A stretch of DNA of 64,000 bases, from positions 2,170 through 66,169 of the forward strand of contig DIEY01000100.1 of the NCBI GenBank assembly GCA_002418865.1, in the 5' to 3' direction. Numbering within the stretch: position 1 is the stretch's first letter; each line of letters begins with the position of its first letter. Both the position numbers and the translations under genes were made by a program. The notes under the pieces are model-generated. The model was not told where the DNA came from and ran no database searches. It saw only the letters and a program-made list of their open reading frames with translations. Source of the DNA: Bacteroidales bacterium UBA5762 (GTDB lineage Bacteria; Bacteroidota; Bacteroidia; Bacteroidales; TTA-H9). Below are positions 9,033 to 18,800 of this stretch, piece by piece.

Positions 9033-10499
9033 TCAATATCCAGGATTTTGAGTAAGTTTTGAGTTCTTGTCGAGCTCGGCTTGAGGAATAGGCCATAACA
9101 AACGATTCTCGGTGAGTTGATATCCCAGAGGAATATCATTTTCACCTTTTACATTATTAATAACTTCTATGGCGCGACCTGTACGCTTCAGATCATACCA
9201 TCTGTGCCCTTCAAAAGCCAATTCGAGCCGACGCTCCTTTTCTATAGCTAATCGCATGGAAGCCTGATCATTAGCAGGAGTTTCTGGTAGATTTACTCTT
9301 GCACGAATCTGATTTACCAGATTTGCTGCTCCACTTACATCGCCAAGCTCGTTCAAAGCTTCGGCTTTTAACAAAATTACATCAGCCAAACGATAAATAA
9401 TGTAGTTCTGATCGCTTCCTTCGGTATAATTTCTCCATTTATTAATAAAGGGATAATGAACCTGAGGCCAGTGTTGGTCTGTCCAATGTCCTGATACATC
9501 TTCCCAAACAATAGAGGAGTTGAATCGAATCATATCGCCTTCCTGTTCAAAAGTTTTAACGAGATCATTGCTGGGGACATTGAATTTTTTCCAGTCAAGA
9601 CCACGAAACATTTTTGCTCCCCAGTTACCATCCGAAACGCCCCCATTATAATTGATCTCGAAGATAGACTCGGCACAGTTTTCCTGCGAATTATCCCAAA
9701 GTTGGTCATACTGCGGCATAAGTGAATAACCAAGAGCCATCACACTGTCGCAGTAAAGTTTTACTTTGTTATAGTCGTGGGGCTCGATAGTAGCATAAAC
9801 CTTGGCTAAAAGTGTATAAACCGCACCTTTTGTAGCATAACCCTTGTGTGGGGCAGTAACTCTAACTCCTCTGGCCGCTGTTTCCAAATCGGAAATGATT
9901 TGTTGATAAACCATATCCAGAGGAGTTCTTGGAGGATATAGCAAGGGATAGATTTCCTCGAGATTGGCTGCACTGATAGTACGAACCTCAGTTAGTTGAA
10001 GAGGTACATCTCCCCATAATTGTACGAGCTGAAAATATTGAAAAGCTCTTATGAACATTGCTTCGGCCTTAATCTCCTTTCTGCGAGCTGCCGATAAAGA
10101 AGCATCAGGACATTTATCGACATTGTTGATAACGGAATTGGCTTTCCCTATATGTGCATAAAGGTAAGCCCAGTCGCGTGATACATTCGAGTTTAATGCG
10201 TCGATTTTGTAATCGTCGATTTGAAAATTTGCGGGGTTATCGGCTCCGGCGTAAGCATCATCCGATTGTGCATCTCCATTCACATAATAATCCAACTGAT
10301 AATATTCATTCTTGAAATCGGCATAAGCCCCAGCCAGAGCAGCTTCAACCTCTGCACCGGTCTTATACACGATAGAATCGCCTGCAACATTTTCGACGGC
10401 AATTCCATTCGATACAGGGTCGAGTTCAAGAAAATCTTCACAGGAGGCCAGCATTAAAACAAATACAAGGCCTACACATCCAAATATAAATTTTTTCAT
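9033..10499 (-). CDS. susD: SusD/RagB family nutrient-binding outer-membrane lipoprotein
   Basis: ATG at 10499 gives MKKFIFGCVGLVFVLMLASC. It lies immediately downstream of SusC. The SusD-like C-terminus is present (RLELAFEGHRWYDLKR). Confidence 0.9.
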   Translation of the reverse strand: MKKFIFGCVGLVFVLMLASCEDFLELDPVSNGIAVENVAGDSIVYKTGAEVEAALAGAYADFKNEYYQLDYYVNGDAQSDDAYAGADNPANFQIDDYKIDALNSNVSRDWAYLYAHIGKANSVINNVDKCPDASLSAARRKEIKAEAMFIRAFQYFQLVQLWGDVPLQLTEVRTISAANLEEIYPLLYPPRTPLDMVYQQIISDLETAARGVRVTAPHKGYATKGAVYTLLAKVYATIEPHDYNKVKLYCDSVMALGYSLMPQYDQLWDNSQENCAESIFEINYNGGVSDGNWGAKMFRGLDWKKFNVPSNDLVKTFEQEGDMIRFNSSIVWEDVSGHWTDQHWPQVHYPFINKWRNYTEGSDQNYIIYRLADVILLKAEALNELGDVSGAANLVNQIRARVNLPETPANDQASMRLAIEKERRLELAFEGHRWYDLKRTGRAIEVINNVKGENDIPLGYQLTENRLLWPIPQAELDKNSKLTQNPGY

Positions 10500-10522
10500 A
10501 GTATGATTCCTCCTGACATTCA

Positions 10523-13459
10523 TTAAAATTCTACATTTAATCCTAACATAAGCGAACGAGCCTGTGGATAAGTACCATAATCTATCCCAACTTCCACAGC
10601 ACTGTTGCCATAAGCGTTAACCTCGGGATCGAAACCACTATAGCCCGTAAAGGTCAATAAATTGTTCCCGGTTAAATAGATTGATAGCCTGCTAATGCCC
10701 GTCTTCTTGGAAGGTTTGTCAATGATTTTATAGGACAAGGTGAGTGACTTCAAACGAACATAAGTTCCATCTTCCACAAAACGAGTCGAATTACGCACAT
10801 TATCCATGTTACCCCCTCCAACGGCTCTTGGAATATCCGTATAAGGATTTTCAGGTGTCCAACGATTCAGCACAGCAGTCGATTGATTTTTGCTATCGAA
10901 CATACCTTCCAAATCGATGCGCGTAGCATTGTAAATATCATTGCCTACACTTCCCTGAAAGAAGAAACTGAAATCCCATTTCTTATAGGAGAAACTATTG
11001 GTCAATCCAAAAATAAAATCAGGATTAGGGTCGCCAATAACTGTTCTATCACCGGGATCAAGAATACCATTGTTGTTCACGTCTTTGTATATTAAATCAC
11101 CAGTTGCTGGATCTACACCTTCCGAAATATAGCCATAAAACGAACCCAAGGGTAAACCTGCACGAAGAATAACTACGTCGGAATTGTTGCTGTATATCCG
11201 TCCAAAGTAATAAACATCGGTAAATTTAAGACTGAGGACTTTATTCGTGTTGAAAGCAATATTGAAATCGGTAGTCCACTTCCAGTTCTTATCAACATTA
11301 ATAGTGTTCAGGTTCAGTTCAATTCCCTTATTTTCGATTTCACCAGCATTGGTTTGTATGGAAGTAATGGGCAAAGAGTTGGGAAGTTGAACATCAAGGA
11401 TAACGTCGCTAGTTTTTTTATAATAATAGTCAAAATTTAAGGTAACTCTCGAATGGAACATGGTGAGGTCGAAACCGATGTTGGTTTGAGCCGTAGTTTC
11501 CCATTTTAGGTCGGGATTGCCATAAGTGATTTGAACGGCAGCTGGGCCTGAGAGTGGATCTGTAATTTCACGTCTATAATAATTGATTAATCCATAACGG
11601 GCATAATTAGGAATGCCCTCCTGATTTCCATTCTTTCCCCAGCCTCCACGTATCTTTAAATCATCTATGAAAGTAAGGTTTTTCATGAATTCTTCGGAGC
11701 TTACACGCCAACCAGCCGAAAAAGAAGGCATGGTGCCCCAGTGATGAGCCAGCTTTGAAGAACCATCATGACGAATACTCATTGTTAAGTAATACTTGGA
11801 AAGATAATCCCAGGTTACACGACCAAAGAAGCTTGCCAGAGCCCATTCTTCACGAGTAGTCCCTGCTGTAATGTTATTGGCAGCCCAAAGTGTCCGCACA
11901 TTGGTATCCGCTGGGAAATCATTTCCTTCAATGTAACTATCATTCCCTTGAAATTTTTGTATACTTGCACCGGCCAAGGCCGTAAAATTATGCTTACCAA
12001 CTATAAATTTATAATCAAGTGTATTTTCCCACAGCCAAGTTAAGTTATTATACTTGTCGGAACGACCTATGCCATTCATGTTGCGGCCGTAATTAGTACG
12101 GAAAGGATCAAGATAATAATCCCACTGGTGAGTAGTAATATCAGTTCCAACATGAGTTTTAAAATAGAGGTCTTTGACGATCCGAGCTTCTAAACCAATA
12201 TTTCCGAATACCTGATAATCAGTAGATTGTTGATCGGGGCCATACATATATGCTGCAGGATTTTCCCACGAAGGTTGAAAGGGATTAGGATCGTACTGTC
12301 CGCTACCATCTTGCTTGTAAACATGAAGAAAAGGAGGAGTATTCAATGCACTCATAATTACACCACCTCTTCCCGAACTCAGATTATCGGGAGTATCTTT
12401 TACATCTATCCCTAGCACATTGATATTGGAAGTCAGCTTCAACCACGATTTCATTTCGCTGTCGAAGTTGATTCTAAAATTATAACGATCAAATCGTGCG
12501 GGCTTAACAATACCCTTATCGCTTAGATAGCCTCCAGCCACGTAATATTTCGACTTGGAACTTCCGCCAGAAACAGAAAATTGATAACTTTGGGTGTAGC
12601 CAGTGCCAAAAACATAATCCGGCCAATTATTGAAATAGGTCATCGTAGGATCTAACCCTCCGGGAAGAATTTCTTCCATTAAATCTCTGTATTGTTTGGT
12701 ATTCAATACATCTATGTTTTTCCTCAGGTTCGACATTCCAAAGTAAGTACTGAAGGTTACCAGAGGTTCTCCTTCCTGCCCACGTTTAGTAGTAATTAAA
12801 ACAACTCCGTTAGCTGCACGTGCTCCATAAATAGCCGAAGATGAAGCATCTTTTAAGATAGTCATACTGGAGATGTCGTTGGGGTTTAAACCGCGTATAT
12901 CAGTTGTTGGAACTCCATCTACTACATAAAGTGGATCATTGCCGGCCAGAACGGAGGTTGCTCCACGAACTCTCACCGCAAGTTGCTGGCCTGGTTTGCC
13001 CGAGGGCTGCACAACCTGAACTCCTGCAGCTTTACCTTGCAAGGCTTGTGCTGCCGAAATAATAGGACGATCTCGAAAATCCTTTTCGTTCACCACAGCT
13101 ACGGCAGTAGTCAAATCCTTTTTCTGTTGAGCTCCATAACCTATTACAACAATTTCACTCAAAACAGTAGTTTCCTCTGTTAAAACGACATTAATAACTG
13201 TTTGCGAGCCTACTAGAATTTCTTGTTTGTTAAATCCGACAAAGCTGAAAATCAGTACATCTGAATCTTCTACCTCAATCTTATAGTTTCCATCAAGATC
13301 GGTAACCGTTCCGGTATAAGTGCCTTTTACCTGAATGGTAACTCCAGGGAGAGAACCACCTTTTTCGTCGGTTACCTTACCGGTAACCATTTTCTTTTGT
13401 CCCCAGACACTACCCGAAAATGCAATAAGAGATATTAAAAGCAGAGTAAAATGTTTCAT
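10523..13459 (-). CDS. susC: SusC/RagA family TonB-dependent outer-membrane transporter
   Basis: Signal peptide, then a CarboxypepD_reg domain (VTGKVTDEKGGSLPGVTIQVKGT) and plug motifs (DPLYVVDGVP, ILKDASSSAIYGARAANGVVLITTKRG). C-terminal residue is F. There is no N-terminal STN extension. Confidence 0.95.
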   Translation of the reverse strand: MKHFTLLLISLIAFSGSVWGQKKMVTGKVTDEKGGSLPGVTIQVKGTYTGTVTDLDGNYKIEVEDSDVLIFSFVGFNKQEILVGSQTVINVVLTEETTVLSEIVVIGYGAQQKKDLTTAVAVVNEKDFRDRPIISAAQALQGKAAGVQVVQPSGKPGQQLAVRVRGATSVLAGNDPLYVVDGVPTTDIRGLNPNDISSMTILKDASSSAIYGARAANGVVLITTKRGQEGEPLVTFSTYFGMSNLRKNIDVLNTKQYRDLMEEILPGGLDPTMTYFNNWPDYVFGTGYTQSYQFSVSGGSSKSKYYVAGGYLSDKGIVKPARFDRYNFRINFDSEMKSWLKLTSNINVLGIDVKDTPDNLSSGRGGVIMSALNTPPFLHVYKQDGSGQYDPNPFQPSWENPAAYMYGPDQQSTDYQVFGNIGLEARIVKDLYFKTHVGTDITTHQWDYYLDPFRTNYGRNMNGIGRSDKYNNLTWLWENTLDYKFIVGKHNFTALAGASIQKFQGNDSYIEGNDFPADTNVRTLWAANNITAGTTREEWALASFFGRVTWDYLSKYYLTMSIRHDGSSKLAHHWGTMPSFSAGWRVSSEEFMKNLTFIDDLKIRGGWGKNGNQEGIPNYARYGLINYYRREITDPLSGPAAVQITYGNPDLKWETTAQTNIGFDLTMFHSRVTLNFDYYYKKTSDVILDVQLPNSLPITSIQTNAGEIENKGIELNLNTINVDKNWKWTTDFNIAFNTNKVLSLKFTDVYYFGRIYSNNSDVVILRAGLPLGSFYGYISEGVDPATGDLIYKDVNNNGILDPGDRTVIGDPNPDFIFGLTNSFSYKKWDFSFFFQGSVGNDIYNATRIDLEGMFDSKNQSTAVLNRWTPENPYTDIPRAVGGGNMDNVRNSTRFVEDGTYVRLKSLTLSYKIIDKPSKKTGISRLSIYLTGNNLLTFTGYSGFDPEVNAYGNSAVEVGIDYGTYPQARSLMLGLNVEF

Positions 13460-13535
13460 ACTTTAATTCATTAAATAATTTTTTATTCAAAAAAATTACA
13501 ACGGAAAATTTATGAGTTAGAACAAAATAAGAAAG

Positions 13536-13563
13536 AATCTGGGGTCAATGTTGACCCCAGATT
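13536..13563 (-). terminator. 13-bp perfect hairpin between PKD-lipoprotein gene and susC (terminator/attenuator-like)
   Basis: AATCTGGGGTCAA-TG-TTGACCCCAGATT. On the - strand it is followed by CTTTCTTATTTTGTTC. Confidence 0.55.
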
Positions 13564-13582
13564 TGAACCAGATGCAAAAACT

Positions 13583-15343
13583 CTATCGCTCAAGAATTAC
13601 CGACCAAGCTGGAGAACCGCTGTGGTCTGCACTGATATCAACGGAGACGAAGAGGTATTCTTTTGTTCCAGTATTGGCGTATCCCATTACTTCATATCTA
13701 TTAGTAAGGTTGCCGCCATTGGGAGGATTAGCGCCATCAATATTTTCACCTCCATAATAGCCTTTATAGAAGCCCAAGAAGGCTGCTCCTGTTGGGCCAT
13801 TGGTCAGTATGATCAAAGGTCTGCTACCAGCGGAGGCCGGAATTAATTCCCATGAATGTGTTCCAGAACCAAAGGCAGCTCCATTACCACTGGCCGCAAT
13901 TTGTTCATCTGTCCAGCATCCATTTGGAGAACCCATATAACCGTCATTGCGAGCGCTGCCATTGGTATTGTAAATATAAACTCCACCTTCGGCAAAGGTG
14001 AATTCATCATCTGTGATACACGACCAATCATCGGTGCCTGTAGTGCTACCATCGAGGTAATTTTTAGGAACACTCCACCACGAATAATCGCCTAAACCTG
14101 GGCCAACAAAAATGGATAGATCTTCGGCTCTTGGACGCCATGGACCGCCCATCAAAAGCTCAGCAGTCAATTCTGTTGCCGAAACAAAGGCTTGCTTTGT
14201 GACAGTGCTTTCTCCATTCGGATTACTTGCAGTGAGTGTAATGATATAAATTCCATCACCAGCATAAGTATGCACAGGATCTTTTTCCGTTGAAGTATTG
14301 CCATCACCAAAATCCCAGAGATAAGTTTCTCCATTCTCGGTAGTATTGGTAAAACTTACCGTACGACCATCTATCTGCATGGTGAAAGAAGCTTCTGGTT
14401 TTGGACCTGGAATAGGAGGTTCATCGGCAGGATTATCGTAATGAACCAGTACAAATCTCCAATATCCGCCCTGAGAGGCTGGATCCCAACGATAAATCCC
14501 TTCTACGATCAAGGTATCAACCGTACCATCGGTTAATTTTATAATATCATATTCAACATAATCCTGTGGTGTTTTTACTTCTGTTCCATTGCCAAGTTTG
14601 TAGAAACCAAGGTAAGCTCCTTTCCCAACAGCCTTAATTTTGGATGGATTTCCGACAGTTAGCTCAAAAGTGTGATTTCCATCTCCCCAAGCCGACAGGT
14701 CTTCACCATTGGGACCTACCATCTGATCGGTAGTGTTACATTGATTTTCAGGAACAAACATTCCACCTTCTGCCCAATAATCGCCTTGGGTACGGAATTC
14801 CATACGTCCATCACGATAGAATGTCCATTCATCATTCAATAGGCAAGGACGATTGGCAAGCTCATTATTGTCTCTTCCCATGGCCCACCAAATTTGAGAA
14901 TGATCTTCAGGACCTACCTCCAAAGGATAACGACCAGTGCTGATGTCACGAAGTAATTTCCATGTCTTCGATTCCATGCCCGTTAAGGCCGTCAATAAAA
15001 CATTGGGATCCGATAAGGCAATTTTTGTTGAATACACATCCTGATTCCCGTCAGCATCTTTTGCCGTAAGAGTAACCGTGTATTCACCCTCAGCAGCATA
15101 AATGTGAACCGGATTGACTTCGGTGCTAGTTTGTCCATCACCAAAATTCCAATCGCAGGTAGTGAAGTTTTGCGAAGTGTTCGTAAAAATAACTTTCAGA
15201 AAATTGCTGGAATCCACTTTATAAGTGAAACCGGCAATTACTAGATTTTCATCCTCATCATCGTTACACGATGTGAGATAGGTGATTGAAAATAAAGCCA
15301 TTAAGGCAAAGCTCATGGTCATTAATTTCCGTGCTGTTTTCAT
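13583..15343 (-). CDS. surface lipoprotein with two PKD domains, each followed by a ~190-aa module; candidate surface glycan-binding protein of the PUL
   Basis: Lipoprotein signal (LFSITYLTSC). PKD signatures CDWNFGDGQTSTEVNPVHIYAAEGEYTVTLTA and YLWDFGDGNTSTEKDPVHTYAGDGIYIITLTA. Internal duplication is evident. Confidence 0.8.
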   Translation of the reverse strand: MKTARKLMTMSFALMALFSITYLTSCNDDEDENLVIAGFTYKVDSSNFLKVIFTNTSQNFTTCDWNFGDGQTSTEVNPVHIYAAEGEYTVTLTAKDADGNQDVYSTKIALSDPNVLLTALTGMESKTWKLLRDISTGRYPLEVGPEDHSQIWWAMGRDNNELANRPCLLNDEWTFYRDGRMEFRTQGDYWAEGGMFVPENQCNTTDQMVGPNGEDLSAWGDGNHTFELTVGNPSKIKAVGKGAYLGFYKLGNGTEVKTPQDYVEYDIIKLTDGTVDTLIVEGIYRWDPASQGGYWRFVLVHYDNPADEPPIPGPKPEASFTMQIDGRTVSFTNTTENGETYLWDFGDGNTSTEKDPVHTYAGDGIYIITLTASNPNGESTVTKQAFVSATELTAELLMGGPWRPRAEDLSIFVGPGLGDYSWWSVPKNYLDGSTTGTDDWSCITDDEFTFAEGGVYIYNTNGSARNDGYMGSPNGCWTDEQIAASGNGAAFGSGTHSWELIPASAGSRPLIILTNGPTGAAFLGFYKGYYGGENIDGANPPNGGNLTNRYEVMGYANTGTKEYLFVSVDISADHSGSPAWSVILER

Positions 15344-15393
15344 GTGTGTTTGGTTTTAAGGTTTAACATATTTGTCTGATGCGATAACGTATC

Positions 15394-15401
15394 CAAAGTT
15401 A
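15394..15401 (-). promoter_or_regulatory. possible Bacteroidota -7 box (TAACTTTG) upstream of the PKD/susC/susD/GH30 genes
   Basis: The + strand CAAAGTTA equals TAnnTTTG on the - strand, about 50 nt upstream of the ATG at 15343. No clear -33 TTTG. Confidence 0.3.
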
Positions 15402-15803
15402 GTAATATTTTATCCTATCGATAGTTGATATATATAATTGTATAAATTGACCCAAAGATTTGTTCAATGTAAAATATTGAATATTAAGGCAATAAATTAT
15501 AAAAAGAACCTAAACACTTTTATTAGTGTATTCACTACAAAGATATAAAAAGTTTACAAAATTCATCTTTTTCTAAGAAAATTTAAAAATATTTCACCAC
15601 TTATGCCTTGAAATTAAAGATGATGAAGTAAATTCTGCTTTAACTCATTCAATATCAATATAATTATTTAGAGATAAAATCATACTGGTAAGTTTAAAGT
15701 TCTGAATCATTTTAGAATAAAAATATCCAACAGATAAATTATAGAGAAGAAGGAGATCCCTTTGAGAAGGGGAAACACCTACTATGTTGAGCAATTATAG
15801 AGC

Positions 15804-15836
15804 TAAAAAACCCTGAAAGCAAGAGCCTTCAGGGTT
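15804..15836 (-). terminator. intrinsic terminator of nifJ
   Basis: On the - strand: AACCCTGAA-N10-TTCAGGGTT followed by TTTTTT, 26 nt after the stop. Confidence 0.7.
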
Positions 15837-15862
15837 GACAAAAGGAGGTTTTAAAAAGGAGG

Positions 15863-18800
15863 TTATTTGCTATAATCCATACTAGCCAAGCGAAGATAGG
15901 AACGATATCTCCAGCGGGCATTTTCTTCAGCTGCGGCAAAGAGTTCTTCAGCTTCTTTTGGAAAGGCTTTTTTCAAGGAAGTAAAACGGACTTCACTCTC
16001 AAGAAATTCCTGGAATTTACTCCAATCTGGTTCTTTAGAGTCGAGCTGGAAAGGATTCTTGCCTTCGAGTTCCAAACGGGGATCGTAACGATATAATGAA
16101 GTATAGCCACATTCAACGGCAAATTTTTCCTGTTTTTGAGATTTTCCCATTCCAGCGCGCAAGCCATGATTAATACATGGAGAATAGGCAATAATGAGAG
16201 AAGGTCCTTTATATTCCTCTGCTTCACGCACTGCTTTGAGGAATTGACCCTGATTGGCTCCCATGGCTACTTGTGCCACATATACATAACCATAAGTCAT
16301 AGCCATTGCGCCAAGGTCTTTTTTGCGTACTCTCTTACCAGATGCAGCAAATTTTGCCACAGCAGCTGTTGGGGTCGATTTTGAAGCTTGACCGCCCGTA
16401 TTCGAATATACTTCTGTATCTAAAACAAGCACATTGATATCTTCACCTGAAGCCATTACATGATCGAGGCCACCATAGCCGATGTCGTATGCCCAACCAT
16501 CACCTCCAACCACCCAAATGGATTTTTTAATAAGGTATTGACGCAGGGCCAAAATCTCTTTCGAAATCTCGTCATTGGCCTTTTCCAACAAAGGTATCAT
16601 GCGCTGAGTGGCTTCATTCGACTTATCGTAATCATTCATGCCTTCTATCCATAAGCCATAGGCTTCTTTCAATTCGGCATTGATGTCCATTTCCATAGCT
16701 TCTTTCATTCTTTGGGCAATTCGATTTCGTAATTTCTGTATTCCAGTAGCAATTCCAAATCCATATTCTGCATTATCTTCAAAAAGTGAATTAGCCCATG
16801 CTACGCCATAGCCAGAATCATAATTCGATGTGTAAGGAGTACTTGGAGCCGAACCTCCATAAATGGAAGAACATCCTGTAGCGTTGGCAATAATCATTCT
16901 ATCGCCAAAAAGTTGAGTAATCAATTTAATATAGGGAGTTTCACCACATCCGGAGCAGGCTCCAGAAAATTCAAATAAAGGCTGTGCAAATTGACTATTT
17001 TTAACATTCTTGGTTTTATCGAAGTATTGCTCTCTGTATCCAATTTTGGTATCCATAAATTCCCAACGACTTATTTCTGAAGTCTGGGTATCTAATGGTT
17101 TCATTACTAATGCATTCTCTTTTGCGGGACATTCTTCCACGCAGTTACCGCATCCTGTACAATCGAGAACACTCACTTGCAGCCGATATCTCATCTCGCC
17201 CATACCTTTACCAACGGCCTTAATGGTTGTCGTTCCTTCGGGGGCTAAAGCGGCTTCTTCGGCTGTCATTAAAAACGGACGGATGGCAGCATGCGGACAC
17301 ACGAAAGCACATTGATTACACTGAATACAATTTTCGGGGATCCATTCTGGCACCGTCACGGCAATGCCACGTTTTTCATATTTAGTAGTTCCGGCAGGGA
17401 AAGTCCCGTCTTCTCTATCTAAAAATACACTTACGGGAAGGTCGTCGCCGTTTTGAGCATTCATAGGTTCTACCACTTTTTTAATAAATTCAGGCAAAGG
17501 ACGCTCGTCTTCTTCAGTCTCAATCACAATATTTGCCCATTCTGAAGGTATCTCTACTTTGATGACATCACCGCCACGGTCAACAGCAGCGTAATTCATC
17601 TTAACTATATCCTCGCCCTGCCGACCATAAGACTTCTTTATCATTTCCTTCATCTTTTCTATGGCCAGGTCGTAAGGAATAACATTGGATACTTTAAAAA
17701 AGGCACTCTGCATGATCGTATTCGTACGATGCCCCAACCCTATTTCTTCGGCAATAGCTGTAGCATTGATAATATAAAAGGAAATATCGTTGGCTGCCAA
17801 ATATTTTTTGATAGTATTGGGTAAACGCCGTTTAGTTTCTTCAACATCCCAAATAGAATTAAAAAGGAAGTTGCCACCTTTTTTAAGTCCTTTGAGCATA
17901 TCGTACTTATTGAGGTAGGCAGGTACATGGCAAGCTACGAAGTCGGGATTTGTAACTAAATAAGTAGAACGAATGGGGTGTTTTCCAAACCTTAAATGAG
18001 AGGCTGTAAATCCGCCGGATTTTTTTGAATCGTAGGCAAAATAGGCTTGGCAATATAAGTCGGTTTCTTCACCAATAATCTTAATGGTGTTTTTGTTGGC
18101 TCCAACTGTGCCATCTGAGCCTAAACCATAAAACCTGGCCTCATAAGTTCCTTCGGGGGCAAAACTTTGCTCGGGAAGCAAAGGCAAAGATTTAAAGGTA
18201 ACATCATCTATTATACCTATTGTAAAATCGTTTTTGGGTTCAGGCATTTGCAGATTATCATACACCGCCAAAATTTGTGATGGAGTAGTGTCTTTCGAAC
18301 TTAATCCATATCGTCCACCCACAATCAAAGGGGTAATTTCCATGCCATAAAACATGCTTCGCACATCCTGATATAGAGGTTCACCATCAGCACCAGGTTC
18401 TTTGGTACGGTCGAGAACAGCTATACGTTTTACGGATTGAGGAAGAACCTTGAAGAAATATTTCGAGCTAAAGGGGCGATAAAGATGAACACTGACAAGA
18501 CCGACTTTTTCGCCCTGTTTCAGTTTATAATCTATGACTTCTTTTATAGTTTCGGTAACCGAACCCATGGCAATGATTATATTTTCAGCATCGGGGGCTC
18601 CATAATAATCGAAGGGATGGTGTTCGCGTCCAGTAATTCTGGTCATTTCGTTCATATACTGTTCGACCAGATCGGGCACGGCATCATAGAAACGATTAGA
18701 GGCTTCACGCGCCTGAAAGAAGATATCAGGATTTTGAGCTGTACCACGGGTGACTGGATGTTCAGGATTAAGAGCCCGGTTACGAAAGGCGGCTAAAGCT

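Noticed and set aside
8960-9145. N-terminal extension of the second GH30 ORF
   Set aside because: It overlaps the susD 3' end and the 17-bp hairpin. The ATG at 8959 gives a proper lipoprotein signal.
15841-15864. Tandem AAAGGAGGTT ... AAAGGAGGTT (Shine-Dalgarno-like) repeat
   Set aside because: The second copy overlaps the nifJ stop codon on the opposite strand. No + strand ORF follows. This is probably coincidental.
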